DNA of 64,000 nt from Calditrichia bacterium (GTDB taxonomy: Bacteria > Calditrichota > Calditrichia > RBG-13-44-9 > J075). The stretch lies in NCBI GenBank assembly GCA_050633245.1, contig JBOEGD010000004.1:141866-205865 (forward strand). Reading direction: 5' to 3'. The notes beneath the pieces were generated by a model that made no database searches, was not told where the DNA came from, and worked only from the letters and a program-made list of their open reading frames with translations. Shown piece by piece: positions 1 to 8,667 of this stretch (position 1 is the first letter of the stretch; the number at the start of each line of letters is the position of its first letter). A program made the position numbers and the translations under genes.

Positions 1-228
1 TACTTTTGGCATAATTTATGTATACATGTCAATAGTAAGCAATCCCTTGCCACGCTGTCAAGCGAAAAACTTCACATTTTAAACAAATTATCGGTCGTTT
101 CGGGGTCGAAATGACGTCGAATAAAAACTGTTAAATCTGAATAAAAAAATGGTTAAATGTCACAAGTTTTTCAGATATTACCCTATCTCAATCACATCGT
201 TTTGATTGGTACGATGTATCCGTATGTA

Positions 229-264
229 GCGCAAAGTGTGCGCACCGCGGCGCAGCTGATGCGC
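229..264. promoter_or_regulatory. Tandem palindromic enhancer-like sites (putative bEBP UAS), GCGCA-N5-TGCGC x2
   Basis: gcgcaaagtgtgcgc (229-243) and gcgcagctgatgcgc (250-264) lie 21 bp apart (two helical turns), about 100-120 bp upstream of a -24/-12 element. Confidence 0.6.
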
Positions 265-351
265 CATTGCCAAACCGCTCAAAATACAGCCACTTTAATA
301 TTGCTGCTGCAAATAACTGTTTTAATTAGATATATGAATCCCTGAAAATAA

Positions 352-367
352 TGGCACAGTGGTTGTA
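352..367 (+). promoter_or_regulatory. Putative sigma54 (-24/-12) promoter of the VIT-VWA gene
   Basis: TGGCAC-AGTGG-TTGTA: correct GG-N10 spacing, but GT instead of GC at -12; the same motif recurs at 11144-11159. Confidence 0.65.
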
Positions 368-438
368 TTAGCTGAAGTAATGACAACAACATAACATAGC
401 ATTTAATTTATTATCAGAAATTCCCAGCGGAGGGCTTT

Positions 439-2517
439 ATGAATCGTCTCGTTACATTAACCTTTTTACTTCTTTCGGGCATTGTACTCGGAAACGGTGT
501 CGGCATTGTTGACGCAACTACCGGCAGTTATCTTCATCTTGCAAAAAGTGATGTAGAAGTTACGGTTGAAAGTCAGATTGCCATAACCAAAACTACACAT
601 ACTCTGGTAAACACTCAGTTGAATGACGTGCAGATAAAATATGGCTTTCCTCTGAGTGAAAATGCAAGCGCGATCGATTTGCGCTGGAGGGTGAGCGGAC
701 AGTGGTATCAGGCTAACATTAATGAACAGCCTGCAGATACAACGCTTCCCGGTTCGGGTGGGACAGTCCAGCAGGCACTACTCGATCATCTTGGAGCAAC
801 ACCTCTATATTTTGATATTCCTAACTCTGTTGCCGCAAACGATACAATTCTGATTGAATTGAGCTATGTTGAATTATTGCCCTACAGTTTTGGTAAGGTG
901 AACTATGAATATCCTAACGATTATACACTTTTACAAAACAGCAGTGTCGATCGTCAGGAGTTCTTCTTTACGCTTAATTCGCCGCGAACAATTAACGTGA
1001 TTCAGCTTAAGACCAGTCATACGCTTTCACATCTTACCAATAATGGAAATGTCGCAGAAATCGGCACGACTGACCTGGAGCAGCAGGCGGATGAGGATTA
1101 CGCAATTGAGTATGAGCTCGACCTAAATCAGCTGGGCCTCTTTGGTTTTAGTACGCGTATTCCAGATAGCACATTGCCTGACACGCACGGCGGATTTTTT
1201 ACCTTCATTGCCGAGCCGGACCCCACTTCGACGAGCACTATAGATAAAGTCTTTACGTTAATCATTGATCGTTCCGGTAGCATGACTGGTGATAAAATTG
1301 TGCAGGCACGCGATGCAGCTTCTTTTATCGTCAATAATCTCAACGCTGGTGATCGTTTTAACATTGTTGACTTCGCAAGCAATGTAACGGCCTTCAATAG
1401 TGAGCACGTAGATTTCAATGCAACCACGCAGCAGCAGGCCTTGACATATGTAAATCAGATAAACGCGAACGGCGGCACGAATATCTCCGGAGCATTTGAT
1501 GTTGCAATGCCTCAGTTTGGTGCGGCAAATAATTCAACTGCAAACATCATCGTATTCTTCACAGATGGCAGAGCAAATGGTGGAATCAGCAATACTACTG
1601 CGCTGCTGGCACATATTCAACAGCTTCAAAATCAGACCAACGCAAACGTAAGCATCTTTACCTTTGGTATTGGTCCGAATGTAGCTACCCAGTTGTTAAC
1701 GCTTATGGCGTCGCAAAATAACGGACTAGCAGAATTTCTTGGCAATGATGAGTTGTTCGGTCGCATTACCAATTTCTATTTACGCATTCGCAATCCAGTC
1801 CTGTTGGAAACACAAATCAGTTTTACTCCACCGGTCATTAGCGAAGTATATCCAGACCCGCTTCCCAATTTGTATAAGGGACAGCAAATGATTGTTTCGG
1901 GACGCTATCAGTCCGCTCAGCCGGTAACTGTTAGTCTCAGTGGAACGGCCTTTGGGCAGCCGGTGCTTTATGAATATAATCTAAACCTGGCTATTGCCGA
2001 AGAGCCCAACTACCGCTTTCTGACAAAGGTTTGGGCAAAATCCAAAATTGAACATCTGTTGGTCGCATACTTTGGTTTGGATCCAAACGATCCGCAGGCT
2101 CAGATTATCAAAGATGAAATTATCACACTTAGTTTGGCCTATCGGGTTATTAGTCCTTTCACCGGATTTAGCGGCGGTGATCCGGTTGGAATCGAAGACG
2201 AAGAGTTCCTTGGTGAGCAGCCAACACTGAGTGGCGACTTCGAACTCCTGGGTAATTATCCGAATCCGTTTAACCCGACCACCCAGATTCGCGTGAAGAT
2301 AAATGCGGCTTATGCCGGACCGTTGAACATCGCCATCTATAATGCTCTTGGCCAATTGGTTCGCACGCTGACGTTAGACATTAACGGTCCTGGAATATAT
2401 GAAGTGGAATGGGATGGAAGGCTTGCCAGTGGAGAGATTGCCGCGAGTGGCACTTATATCTACGTAGTTGAAGCAAACAATACGGTGCTTGCAGGCAGAA
2501 TGATTCTGCTGAAGTAA
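439..2517 (+). CDS. Secreted VIT + von Willebrand factor A domain protein with T9SS/FlgD-Ig-type C-terminal domain
   Basis: Signal peptide; VIT-like N-terminus; MIDAS motif DRSGSM...GGTNI...FTDG; C-terminal GNYPNPFNPTT...IYNALGQLVRTL; RBS ggagg. Confidence 0.85.
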   Translation: MNRLVTLTFLLLSGIVLGNGVGIVDATTGSYLHLAKSDVEVTVESQIAITKTTHTLVNTQLNDVQIKYGFPLSENASAIDLRWRVSGQWYQANINEQPADTTLPGSGGTVQQALLDHLGATPLYFDIPNSVAANDTILIELSYVELLPYSFGKVNYEYPNDYTLLQNSSVDRQEFFFTLNSPRTINVIQLKTSHTLSHLTNNGNVAEIGTTDLEQQADEDYAIEYELDLNQLGLFGFSTRIPDSTLPDTHGGFFTFIAEPDPTSTSTIDKVFTLIIDRSGSMTGDKIVQARDAASFIVNNLNAGDRFNIVDFASNVTAFNSEHVDFNATTQQQALTYVNQINANGGTNISGAFDVAMPQFGAANNSTANIIVFFTDGRANGGISNTTALLAHIQQLQNQTNANVSIFTFGIGPNVATQLLTLMASQNNGLAEFLGNDELFGRITNFYLRIRNPVLLETQISFTPPVISEVYPDPLPNLYKGQQMIVSGRYQSAQPVTVSLSGTAFGQPVLYEYNLNLAIAEEPNYRFLTKVWAKSKIEHLLVAYFGLDPNDPQAQIIKDEIITLSLAYRVISPFTGFSGGDPVGIEDEEFLGEQPTLSGDFELLGNYPNPFNPTTQIRVKINAAYAGPLNIAIYNALGQLVRTLTLDINGPGIYEVEWDGRLASGEIAASGTYIYVVEANNTVLAGRMILLK

Positions 2518-2530
2518 GGTTGCCGGGGGA

Positions 2531-2663
2531 GGCTGCGGACAACTTTTGTTGCCGCAGCCAGCATAATATTCCCCGGATACGAGGTCGGTTTGCCGAACTT
2601 CGTATTCGGGCTGAATGAGGGGTGCGGCGGGATTCCAATAGGTCTCCCGCCGCCGTTTTTTTG
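2531..2663. terminator. Three consecutive hairpins, the last a U-tailed intrinsic terminator
   Basis: ggctgcggacaac/gttgccgcagcc; cccggatacgagg/cttcgtattcggg; cggcggga/tcccgccg followed by a T run. Confidence 0.6.
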
Positions 2664-2828
2664 CCATATTCATAGCAAAAAAAAACTTATGAAAATTTTA
2701 AAAAGATGTAGCATAAAGAGCGGTTCTACCCTACATTTGTCGTCTGTATTAAAATTGTATCAAAACTTATGCACGTGTCTAGACCTTTGTCGGCGTGCAA
2801 GCGAATCCACAGAAAGGAATTCATTAGA

Positions 2829-3434
2829 ATGAAGTTTAACGGTTCGAAAGTAAAACTGTCTCGTCAGCTTGGCATTCCGTTGACCCCGAAGGCTGCTCGC
2901 GTGATGGAAAAGAAACCTTACGTACCTGGTCAGCATGGTCCGACCAAGCGCACCGGTGGTAAGATGTCTGATTATAAGCGTCAGCTGCTTGAAAAGCAAA
3001 AGTTGCGCGCTCAATATAATGTTCACGAAAAGCAGTTACTGAATTATTACAAGAAGGCTTCTCGCAAAGCCGGAAACACTTCCGACAATTTGGTTGGTAT
3101 GCTTGAGCGTCGTTTGGATGCCGTTGTATTTCGTGGCGGCCTGGCTAAAACGATTTACGCTTCCCGTCAGTATGTTGGTCATGGTCATATCACGGTAAAC
3201 GGCAAAAGCGTTGATATTCCGTCTTATCAGGTTAAACCGGGTGATGTTGTTTCTGTGAAGCAGAAGAGCCGCAAGCTCGAATGTTTTCAGGATGCTGTAA
3301 AAAATGCAAACCCGCCGGAATATCTGGCTGTTTCCAAACCTGACATGTCGATTACCTTTAGCGAAGTTCCTGTTCGCAACGACGTGCCGGTTGTTTGTGA
3401 AATCTCACTTGTGATCGAATTCTATTCGCGCTAA
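2829..3434 (+). CDS. rpsD: 30S ribosomal protein S4 (stand-alone, lacks N-terminal Zn-binding cysteines)
   Basis: PGQHG, SDYKRQLLEKQKLR, LERRLDAVVFR, HGHITVNG..VDIPSY and IEFYSR motifs; ATG 2829 preceded by aaagga. Confidence 0.95.
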   Translation: MKFNGSKVKLSRQLGIPLTPKAARVMEKKPYVPGQHGPTKRTGGKMSDYKRQLLEKQKLRAQYNVHEKQLLNYYKKASRKAGNTSDNLVGMLERRLDAVVFRGGLAKTIYASRQYVGHGHITVNGKSVDIPSYQVKPGDVVSVKQKSRKLECFQDAVKNANPPEYLAVSKPDMSITFSEVPVRNDVPVVCEISLVIEFYSR

Positions 3435-3463
3435 GTAGAACCGCGAATTGTCTATCGCTTTAT

Positions 3464-3496
3464 AAAGCCGCCCCGAATTTCGGGGCGGCTTTTTTT
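3464..3496 (+). terminator. Intrinsic terminator after rpsD (possibly bidirectional)
   Basis: aaagccgccccgaa-t-ttcggggcggcttt followed by a T run. Confidence 0.9.
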
Positions 3497-3703
3497 ATGT
3501 TGATTTCAGAGGTTCAAGTTTACGATAGGTAGAAAAATAGTATTGATGGAAATGGCGAGTTCCCGAGCCCAAAGCGTTTTTCGTTCTTTTTGCACTGTCA
3601 AAAAGAATCTATGAAACCGCAGAGCCAGAACGAGGAAGAATCTGTAGTCAGCATTACGGTCTGTATTCTGACTGCGGCTGGAAGTAGCGATCTGTTTGAC
3701 AAA

Positions 3704-4597
3704 TTACTTGATCACCTTCACATACGTCGTATCGGTGATAACCGCTCCAAATACACCAATACCATCTCCAGCCAGATTTAGCACCGGCGCGTGAAAGTTG
3801 CCATCGTCTTCCTGCACATCGTCATAGGTCTTGATGTAGTTCTCGTAGTTCTCATCGCAGGCATAGCCAATCACCTGATACCGTCCGTAAAACGGCAGCT
3901 CGATCCAGAACAGTTCAATCTCACTGCGTCCCGGAGTGGTCGGCATATTCAAATACCATTCGTATTCAAAACGCAAACTGCCCAGATCCTCGCGAACGTC
4001 CTCCTCATCCAGGTCATCATAAGGATTACCGTAGACATAAGACTCTACGCTGCCGTCGATAGCCCAGGTAGAGAAAAGATAGAAGTCGATTCCGGGTGAG
4101 CGTTCGAATTCAATGCTGAAACGCGTCAGGTCGCCGTTGGAATTAGTCTGCCGATACTGCATGCTATCCGCGTTTGTACCCGTTATATCCATGCCGAGCT
4201 GAGGAACAGTGGTAACAGCAGATGTTTGCAAATCCTTACCAGCTACGGTTGCTGAAACATTCAGCTCATAACTGCTGCCGGGAAGAATTATTAGGTCACT
4301 TCCGGGATAAAAATAAGTCCCCTCGTTTGGAGCGTAAGCGAGCGCATAATCCTGCTGGGTTGCAACATCTGTTAATGTGACAACCGCATCCTGAATCAGC
4401 AGTTCTTCGAGACTGATGCGCTCGTTCACCCGGAAGTTACGCGAGATAAAAACGTCGCCAACTCCCTCACCGGGAGTAAGTATGGCAAAGACCGAAATCT
4501 TGGGCTCATAGAGTGAATCATCTACCTTCAAAGTGCCTTCACCACATCCGGAATTAGAAAGAACAATAGCAAGCAAAAGCAATAGTATATAACGCAT
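3704..4597 (-). CDS. DUF4249-family lipoprotein (TBDR-associated)
   Basis: Lipobox-like SNSGC; EPKISVFAIL..., IQDAVVTLTD, C-terminal N..GDGIGVFGA; directly downstream of a TBDR; start could be up to 4621. Confidence 0.7.
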   Translation of the reverse strand: MRYILLLLLAIVLSNSGCGEGTLKVDDSLYEPKISVFAILTPGEGVGDVFISRNFRVNERISLEELLIQDAVVTLTDVATQQDYALAYAPNEGTYFYPGSDLIILPGSSYELNVSATVAGKDLQTSAVTTVPQLGMDITGTNADSMQYRQTNSNGDLTRFSIEFERSPGIDFYLFSTWAIDGSVESYVYGNPYDDLDEEDVREDLGSLRFEYEWYLNMPTTPGRSEIELFWIELPFYGRYQVIGYACDENYENYIKTYDDVQEDDGNFHAPVLNLAGDGIGVFGAVITDTTYVKVIK

Positions 4598-4624
4598 TGG
4601 TGTTTCTCCATTCATCATCATTTA

Positions 4625-6964
4625 TTAGAACTGTAGTCGGAATCCGATTGTTGGCAAAATAGGGAACATGTTCACCGTTTCGATCTCGGGAATACCCTGC
4701 GAGTAATCGTATTCAACAAACCAGATGTTTTTGCGATTGCCGACATTAAATACCTGTATATACGAATCGAGTGCCCAGTTGGTGAACTTTTTTTTGTAGG
4801 TTAGACTAACGTCGAGCCGGGCATAGTGGGGGAGACGCACACTATTGATTGCCGCAGGAAAATAAGCCAGGTCAATACTACCTGTTCCCGGCAACTCGCC
4901 GGTTAAATAGGCTGAACCAGGCTGAGTAATTGGTTGTCCCGAGCTATAGACGCCATTCAACCCGAATACCCAGCGTCCCGGCTTGCCATTGCTCGATTTT
5001 CCACGCAGTTTACGTATGGCATTCGGTATATCAATATTGCTTACGATATTCACTGTGGAATGACGGTCGTGTCGCGGGGCAAATTCTTCACCGGCGTTGA
5101 GCGTTCCAAACTCATAGCGTGTGCGCGTATAGCTGTAACCAATCCATCCGTTTATGGCGCCGCTATTTTTGCGAAAGAGTAGTTCTGCACCACTGCTTTG
5201 CCCATCTCCGCCGTTAAAAATACCCTGCGTGTCGCTGAAAATAGGATCGCCGTTTTCATTAAAACCGGAATTCTGCAGCTCTGTAAGAAAGGTTTGATTG
5301 AATTGATAAATGTTGCGATACCGTTTGAAGTAACCCTCAATTTCAAATTCATAGTTACGCGCCACTTCCTGTTGATAGCCGAGAATAAAATGGTCGGCTT
5401 CAGACTTATCCTGATACTGATTGGCTGTGCTCCAGATGTCGGAGGCGACAGTTTGTGGAATGCGATTAAGGAACTGATGATAGCGCCCAACGGCGGCTTT
5501 TAAATTCACGGTATTGGTAAGTCGGTATTTGAGTGAAGCTCTTGGCTCCCAGCTCTGAAAATCCTTATCAGACGTAAAGTAATTATAGCGTATTCCGGCT
5601 TCAATATCCCAGCGAGTTGATGGTCGCCAGCTGTTTTGTAAATACCCGGTATAGTGCTTTGGACGTTGATCGATATCGACTTCACCACCGGGGAATTCTT
5701 CCTTATATATCACGTGTAGATTTTTCTGCTCGAAACCAAATCTCACCAGCCAGGCCGCGCTATGATGATATTCCAAATTCCCTTTCAGTGACACGTCTGA
5801 AATAAAGTTCTTCGCTTTTGCCGGGAGAATACTGGTGACGTCGAAGGTGGAGGAAAAACGACTACCAGTTAGCCAGAAGTTGCCGAATAGACGTGGCGTG
5901 AAAACACTGGTAAGGCGAGCACTTCCGGTTTGATTTCCCCAATTTAAGTCAAAACCTGAGCGCACTGTTGCGTTCGGATTTAACGTCACCTTCAGAACAT
6001 CGCTGCCACCGTACCCACTTAGCGTTAGCTTGTGAGAAGGGGAGAGCTCATAAAATGCCTTGAGGTTTCCGTCATAAAAGTAATACTCCGGAAGATCGTC
6101 ATTTAATTTTGCGACTGTCTTGTCAAAATACGTTCTGCGAATAGAACCTGAAATCGCTCCTTTTTCTCCAAGCGGCATTTGCAAGGTAGTCTTTGCCGAT
6201 AGCAGGCTAACCGAAGCGCTTCCCTGAAATTCATTACGATTACCATCGAGATTGATAACGTCAAGTATAGAAGACAGCCTTCCACCGTAGGATGCGTTAA
6301 ATCCACCTTTTGAAATTTCCACGTGCTTAATGGCATCTGTATTAAATGTCGAAAAGATTCCGAAAGCGTGTTCCGGATTATATACATCTGTGCCGTCGAT
6401 CAGATACAGGTTTTGATCCGGAGTGCCGCCACGAACGTAAAGGGCGGAAGAGAAATCTGACACCGCCTGCACGCCGGGAAGGGTTTGCAGAGAGCGAAGC
6501 AAATCGCCCTCTGCAACCTGGGGGATGGCATTAATCTGCCTGGGGGATAACTCGATATTGGAAATCGGTTTTTCATACAGCCTGATACTGGTTCGCACCG
6601 AGTCGGCAACAACATCTACAGACTGTCCCTCTACCACGTCTAATGGTAAGCGAACGTCAATTACTACGTTTTCACCCGACTTAAGGTTTACTGTCTGCTT
6701 GAACAGTCGGTAACCAATCATCTCGCAAACGACCTCGTAGCTGCCAGCTGAAACCTGTGACACAAAATAGTAGCCACTGAGATTTGTTGAACCGCCTACG
6801 GCGAGTTCCGGGATATACACATTCGCCCCGATAATTGCCTCGCCATTGCTGGCGTCGTATACAAACCCGCTTATGGAAGCAGAGTTATCTTCGTTTGCCG
6901 AAGCATATCCACATATTAATGCAGCTGCAAATATCAAAACAATTAATAGTAGTCGCACATTCAT
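4625..6964 (-). CDS. TonB-dependent receptor with N-terminal carboxypeptidase-regulatory-like domain
   Basis: ISGFVYDASNGEAIIGANV; plug motif LQTLPGV...VRGGTPDQNLYLIDG; YGGRLSSILD; barrel ending in F. Confidence 0.9.
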   Translation of the reverse strand: MNVRLLLIVLIFAAALICGYASANEDNSASISGFVYDASNGEAIIGANVYIPELAVGGSTNLSGYYFVSQVSAGSYEVVCEMIGYRLFKQTVNLKSGENVVIDVRLPLDVVEGQSVDVVADSVRTSIRLYEKPISNIELSPRQINAIPQVAEGDLLRSLQTLPGVQAVSDFSSALYVRGGTPDQNLYLIDGTDVYNPEHAFGIFSTFNTDAIKHVEISKGGFNASYGGRLSSILDVINLDGNRNEFQGSASVSLLSAKTTLQMPLGEKGAISGSIRRTYFDKTVAKLNDDLPEYYFYDGNLKAFYELSPSHKLTLSGYGGSDVLKVTLNPNATVRSGFDLNWGNQTGSARLTSVFTPRLFGNFWLTGSRFSSTFDVTSILPAKAKNFISDVSLKGNLEYHHSAAWLVRFGFEQKNLHVIYKEEFPGGEVDIDQRPKHYTGYLQNSWRPSTRWDIEAGIRYNYFTSDKDFQSWEPRASLKYRLTNTVNLKAAVGRYHQFLNRIPQTVASDIWSTANQYQDKSEADHFILGYQQEVARNYEFEIEGYFKRYRNIYQFNQTFLTELQNSGFNENGDPIFSDTQGIFNGGDGQSSGAELLFRKNSGAINGWIGYSYTRTRYEFGTLNAGEEFAPRHDRHSTVNIVSNIDIPNAIRKLRGKSSNGKPGRWVFGLNGVYSSGQPITQPGSAYLTGELPGTGSIDLAYFPAAINSVRLPHYARLDVSLTYKKKFTNWALDSYIQVFNVGNRKNIWFVEYDYSQGIPEIETVNMFPILPTIGFRLQF

Positions 6965-6983
6965 CAGAATTCATCCTCTGTTC

Positions 6984-7850
6984 TTATTCACCTTCGATAG
7001 AAATATTGCCGTTTACTGCTTCTAAATTAATCGTTCCGTTTCCCGATCCCAGGCGGCCGCGTAGTGAGGTCGGCGTGCTCTGAGAATCCTGCAGTGGCAG
7101 CCCGATGGAAGAAATACCGCCATTGGTAACCTTTGCATTTAGTTGTGCGGACGTTCCTGTGGGAATCGTTAGAAAAACCTGACCGTTAACTGCCTCAAGG
7201 TCACATATGCCTCCCGGTAATAACGAGAGTTCTGCTACAATGTTACCGTTTACCAGATCGGAGTTGACATTCCCTCGAACGTCGTTTAAATAGATATTTC
7301 CATTGGTCAAATCGGCTGATACGTTTCCATTAATTGCAGCGGCATCAATTTGTCCATTCTCAACATCCACGATGACGGCTTCATTTATTTGAGAAATCGC
7401 AACATTACCGTTAATGTTATCGATGTTAACAAACCAGTCACGCGGCAGGCGCACAAAATAATCAACAATTACGTTTCTGCCATCCGTATCATGTGGTTGA
7501 TCGGTTAGCACGGTCAGGCGCTGATTTTCAATGATAATCTGAACCTGAACCTGATCGAGGAACCATCGCGCATCCCGCAGGCTGTTCGATTCAACGCGCC
7601 TTTCGCCATAGACAATAATTTCCTGTGAGCCGGAAACACCTATTACTTCGACATTTCCATTAATACCATCCACTACAAAGTCGCCCGGTCCGGTTACGTC
7701 AAAAGCATAATCAAAATCTGCGGATGCTACATAGTCATTTCCTCGGTAGTCTGAACCGAAATCTTCTACACAGGAAGAGAATAAAAGTAAAACCAGGCTA
7801 AGATAAAGACCTACTTTCAAAACGCTTTTAGTTGTTCGTTTATTTTTCAT
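6984..7850 (-). CDS. DUF4097 (adhesin-like beta-strand repeat) lipoprotein
   Basis: Lipobox FSSC; repeated NGNV/NGNI units; ends INLEAVNGNISI; ATG 7850 after a Shine-Dalgarno-like agggga. Confidence 0.75.
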   Translation of the reverse strand: MKNKRTTKSVLKVGLYLSLVLLLFSSCVEDFGSDYRGNDYVASADFDYAFDVTGPGDFVVDGINGNVEVIGVSGSQEIIVYGERRVESNSLRDARWFLDQVQVQIIIENQRLTVLTDQPHDTDGRNVIVDYFVRLPRDWFVNIDNINGNVAISQINEAVIVDVENGQIDAAAINGNVSADLTNGNIYLNDVRGNVNSDLVNGNIVAELSLLPGGICDLEAVNGQVFLTIPTGTSAQLNAKVTNGGISSIGLPLQDSQSTPTSLRGRLGSGNGTINLEAVNGNISIEGE

Positions 7851-7958
7851 GATAATCCCCTTTATAAATCGTTGTTTTCTGTTCTTTTTTACTGATTTTT
7901 GGCAAAGCACACCCGTTCGGCGGTTCACCGTTTTTTTTTAACTATATGTGTGTACAGA

Positions 7959-8645
7959 TTAGTCTTTTAGTTTTTTCAGAGCTGCTTTTGCTTCTTCAAT
8001 GGCGTTTTCATCACCACAGGTTTTTGCGTTTTCAAGTGCCCTGCGAAAGTTGGTTTCTGCCTGTTCTTTTTTTTCCAGTGCATCAAATGAACTGGCCAGT
8101 TTAAAATATAGATCGGTGCAGCCATGTTGGTCCGGATATCGTCGCAGGATGCTAATGCTTTTCATTACGACATTGGAATACAATTCGTGAATAAAGAGAG
8201 CATTTACTCCGTTGCTTTCCTTTGTCCATAAATCTTCCGAGGTAGACAGACTGACTTTGTCCTCGCTTTTTGCTCCGTGAACAACGCTTACCTTGCCGAG
8301 TTTAAGCTGTGCCGGAGCACTTCGCTTTTCAAGCTTCTCAATTTTCTGCCGCATCAAAAACAAAAACAGCTCTTTCTGCGTAATATCCCGTAGGTCGGCG
8401 ATGTCGAGAATGCTATTGCTCTCCAGAGTAAACTGCCGCTCGTCATCAAGCGAAAGCACCACGCTGCCATTTTCACCGGTAAGAATCGTATCAATATCCC
8501 TTAATATCATCTGTCTTGCTGCGCCAATCCATTCTTCGTCCATGCCGCGTCGGATTTTGACGCTACCGCTAAGCTCAATGATAGTTGCCTCAAGAGCGAT
8601 GAGTGGAAGGCTGAAAAGAATGATTGCTATAAACAGATGCTTCAT
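7959..8645 (-). CDS. Exported FecR-like domain protein with C-terminal TPR-like helices
   Basis: Signal peptide; IIELSGSVKIRR...L...DTILTGENGSVVL...FTLESNS FecR pattern; LYFKLASSF...AETNFRRAL TPR-like repeat. Confidence 0.65.
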   Translation of the reverse strand: MKHLFIAIILFSLPLIALEATIIELSGSVKIRRGMDEEWIGAARQMILRDIDTILTGENGSVVLSLDDERQFTLESNSILDIADLRDITQKELFLFLMRQKIEKLEKRSAPAQLKLGKVSVVHGAKSEDKVSLSTSEDLWTKESNGVNALFIHELYSNVVMKSISILRRYPDQHGCTDLYFKLASSFDALEKKEQAETNFRRALENAKTCGDENAIEEAKAALKKLKD

Positions 8646-8667
8646 AATGTCTCCAATAAAAAATCAG

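Noticed and set aside
6-22. TTGGCATAATTTATGTA as a third sigma54 promoter
   Set aside because: The -12 element is ATGTA rather than TTGYA, upstream context is cut off by the window edge, and no gene start lies at a suitable distance
157-345. 62-aa ORF upstream of the VWA gene
   Set aside because: It overlaps the enhancer/promoter elements and has no RBS or protein-like features
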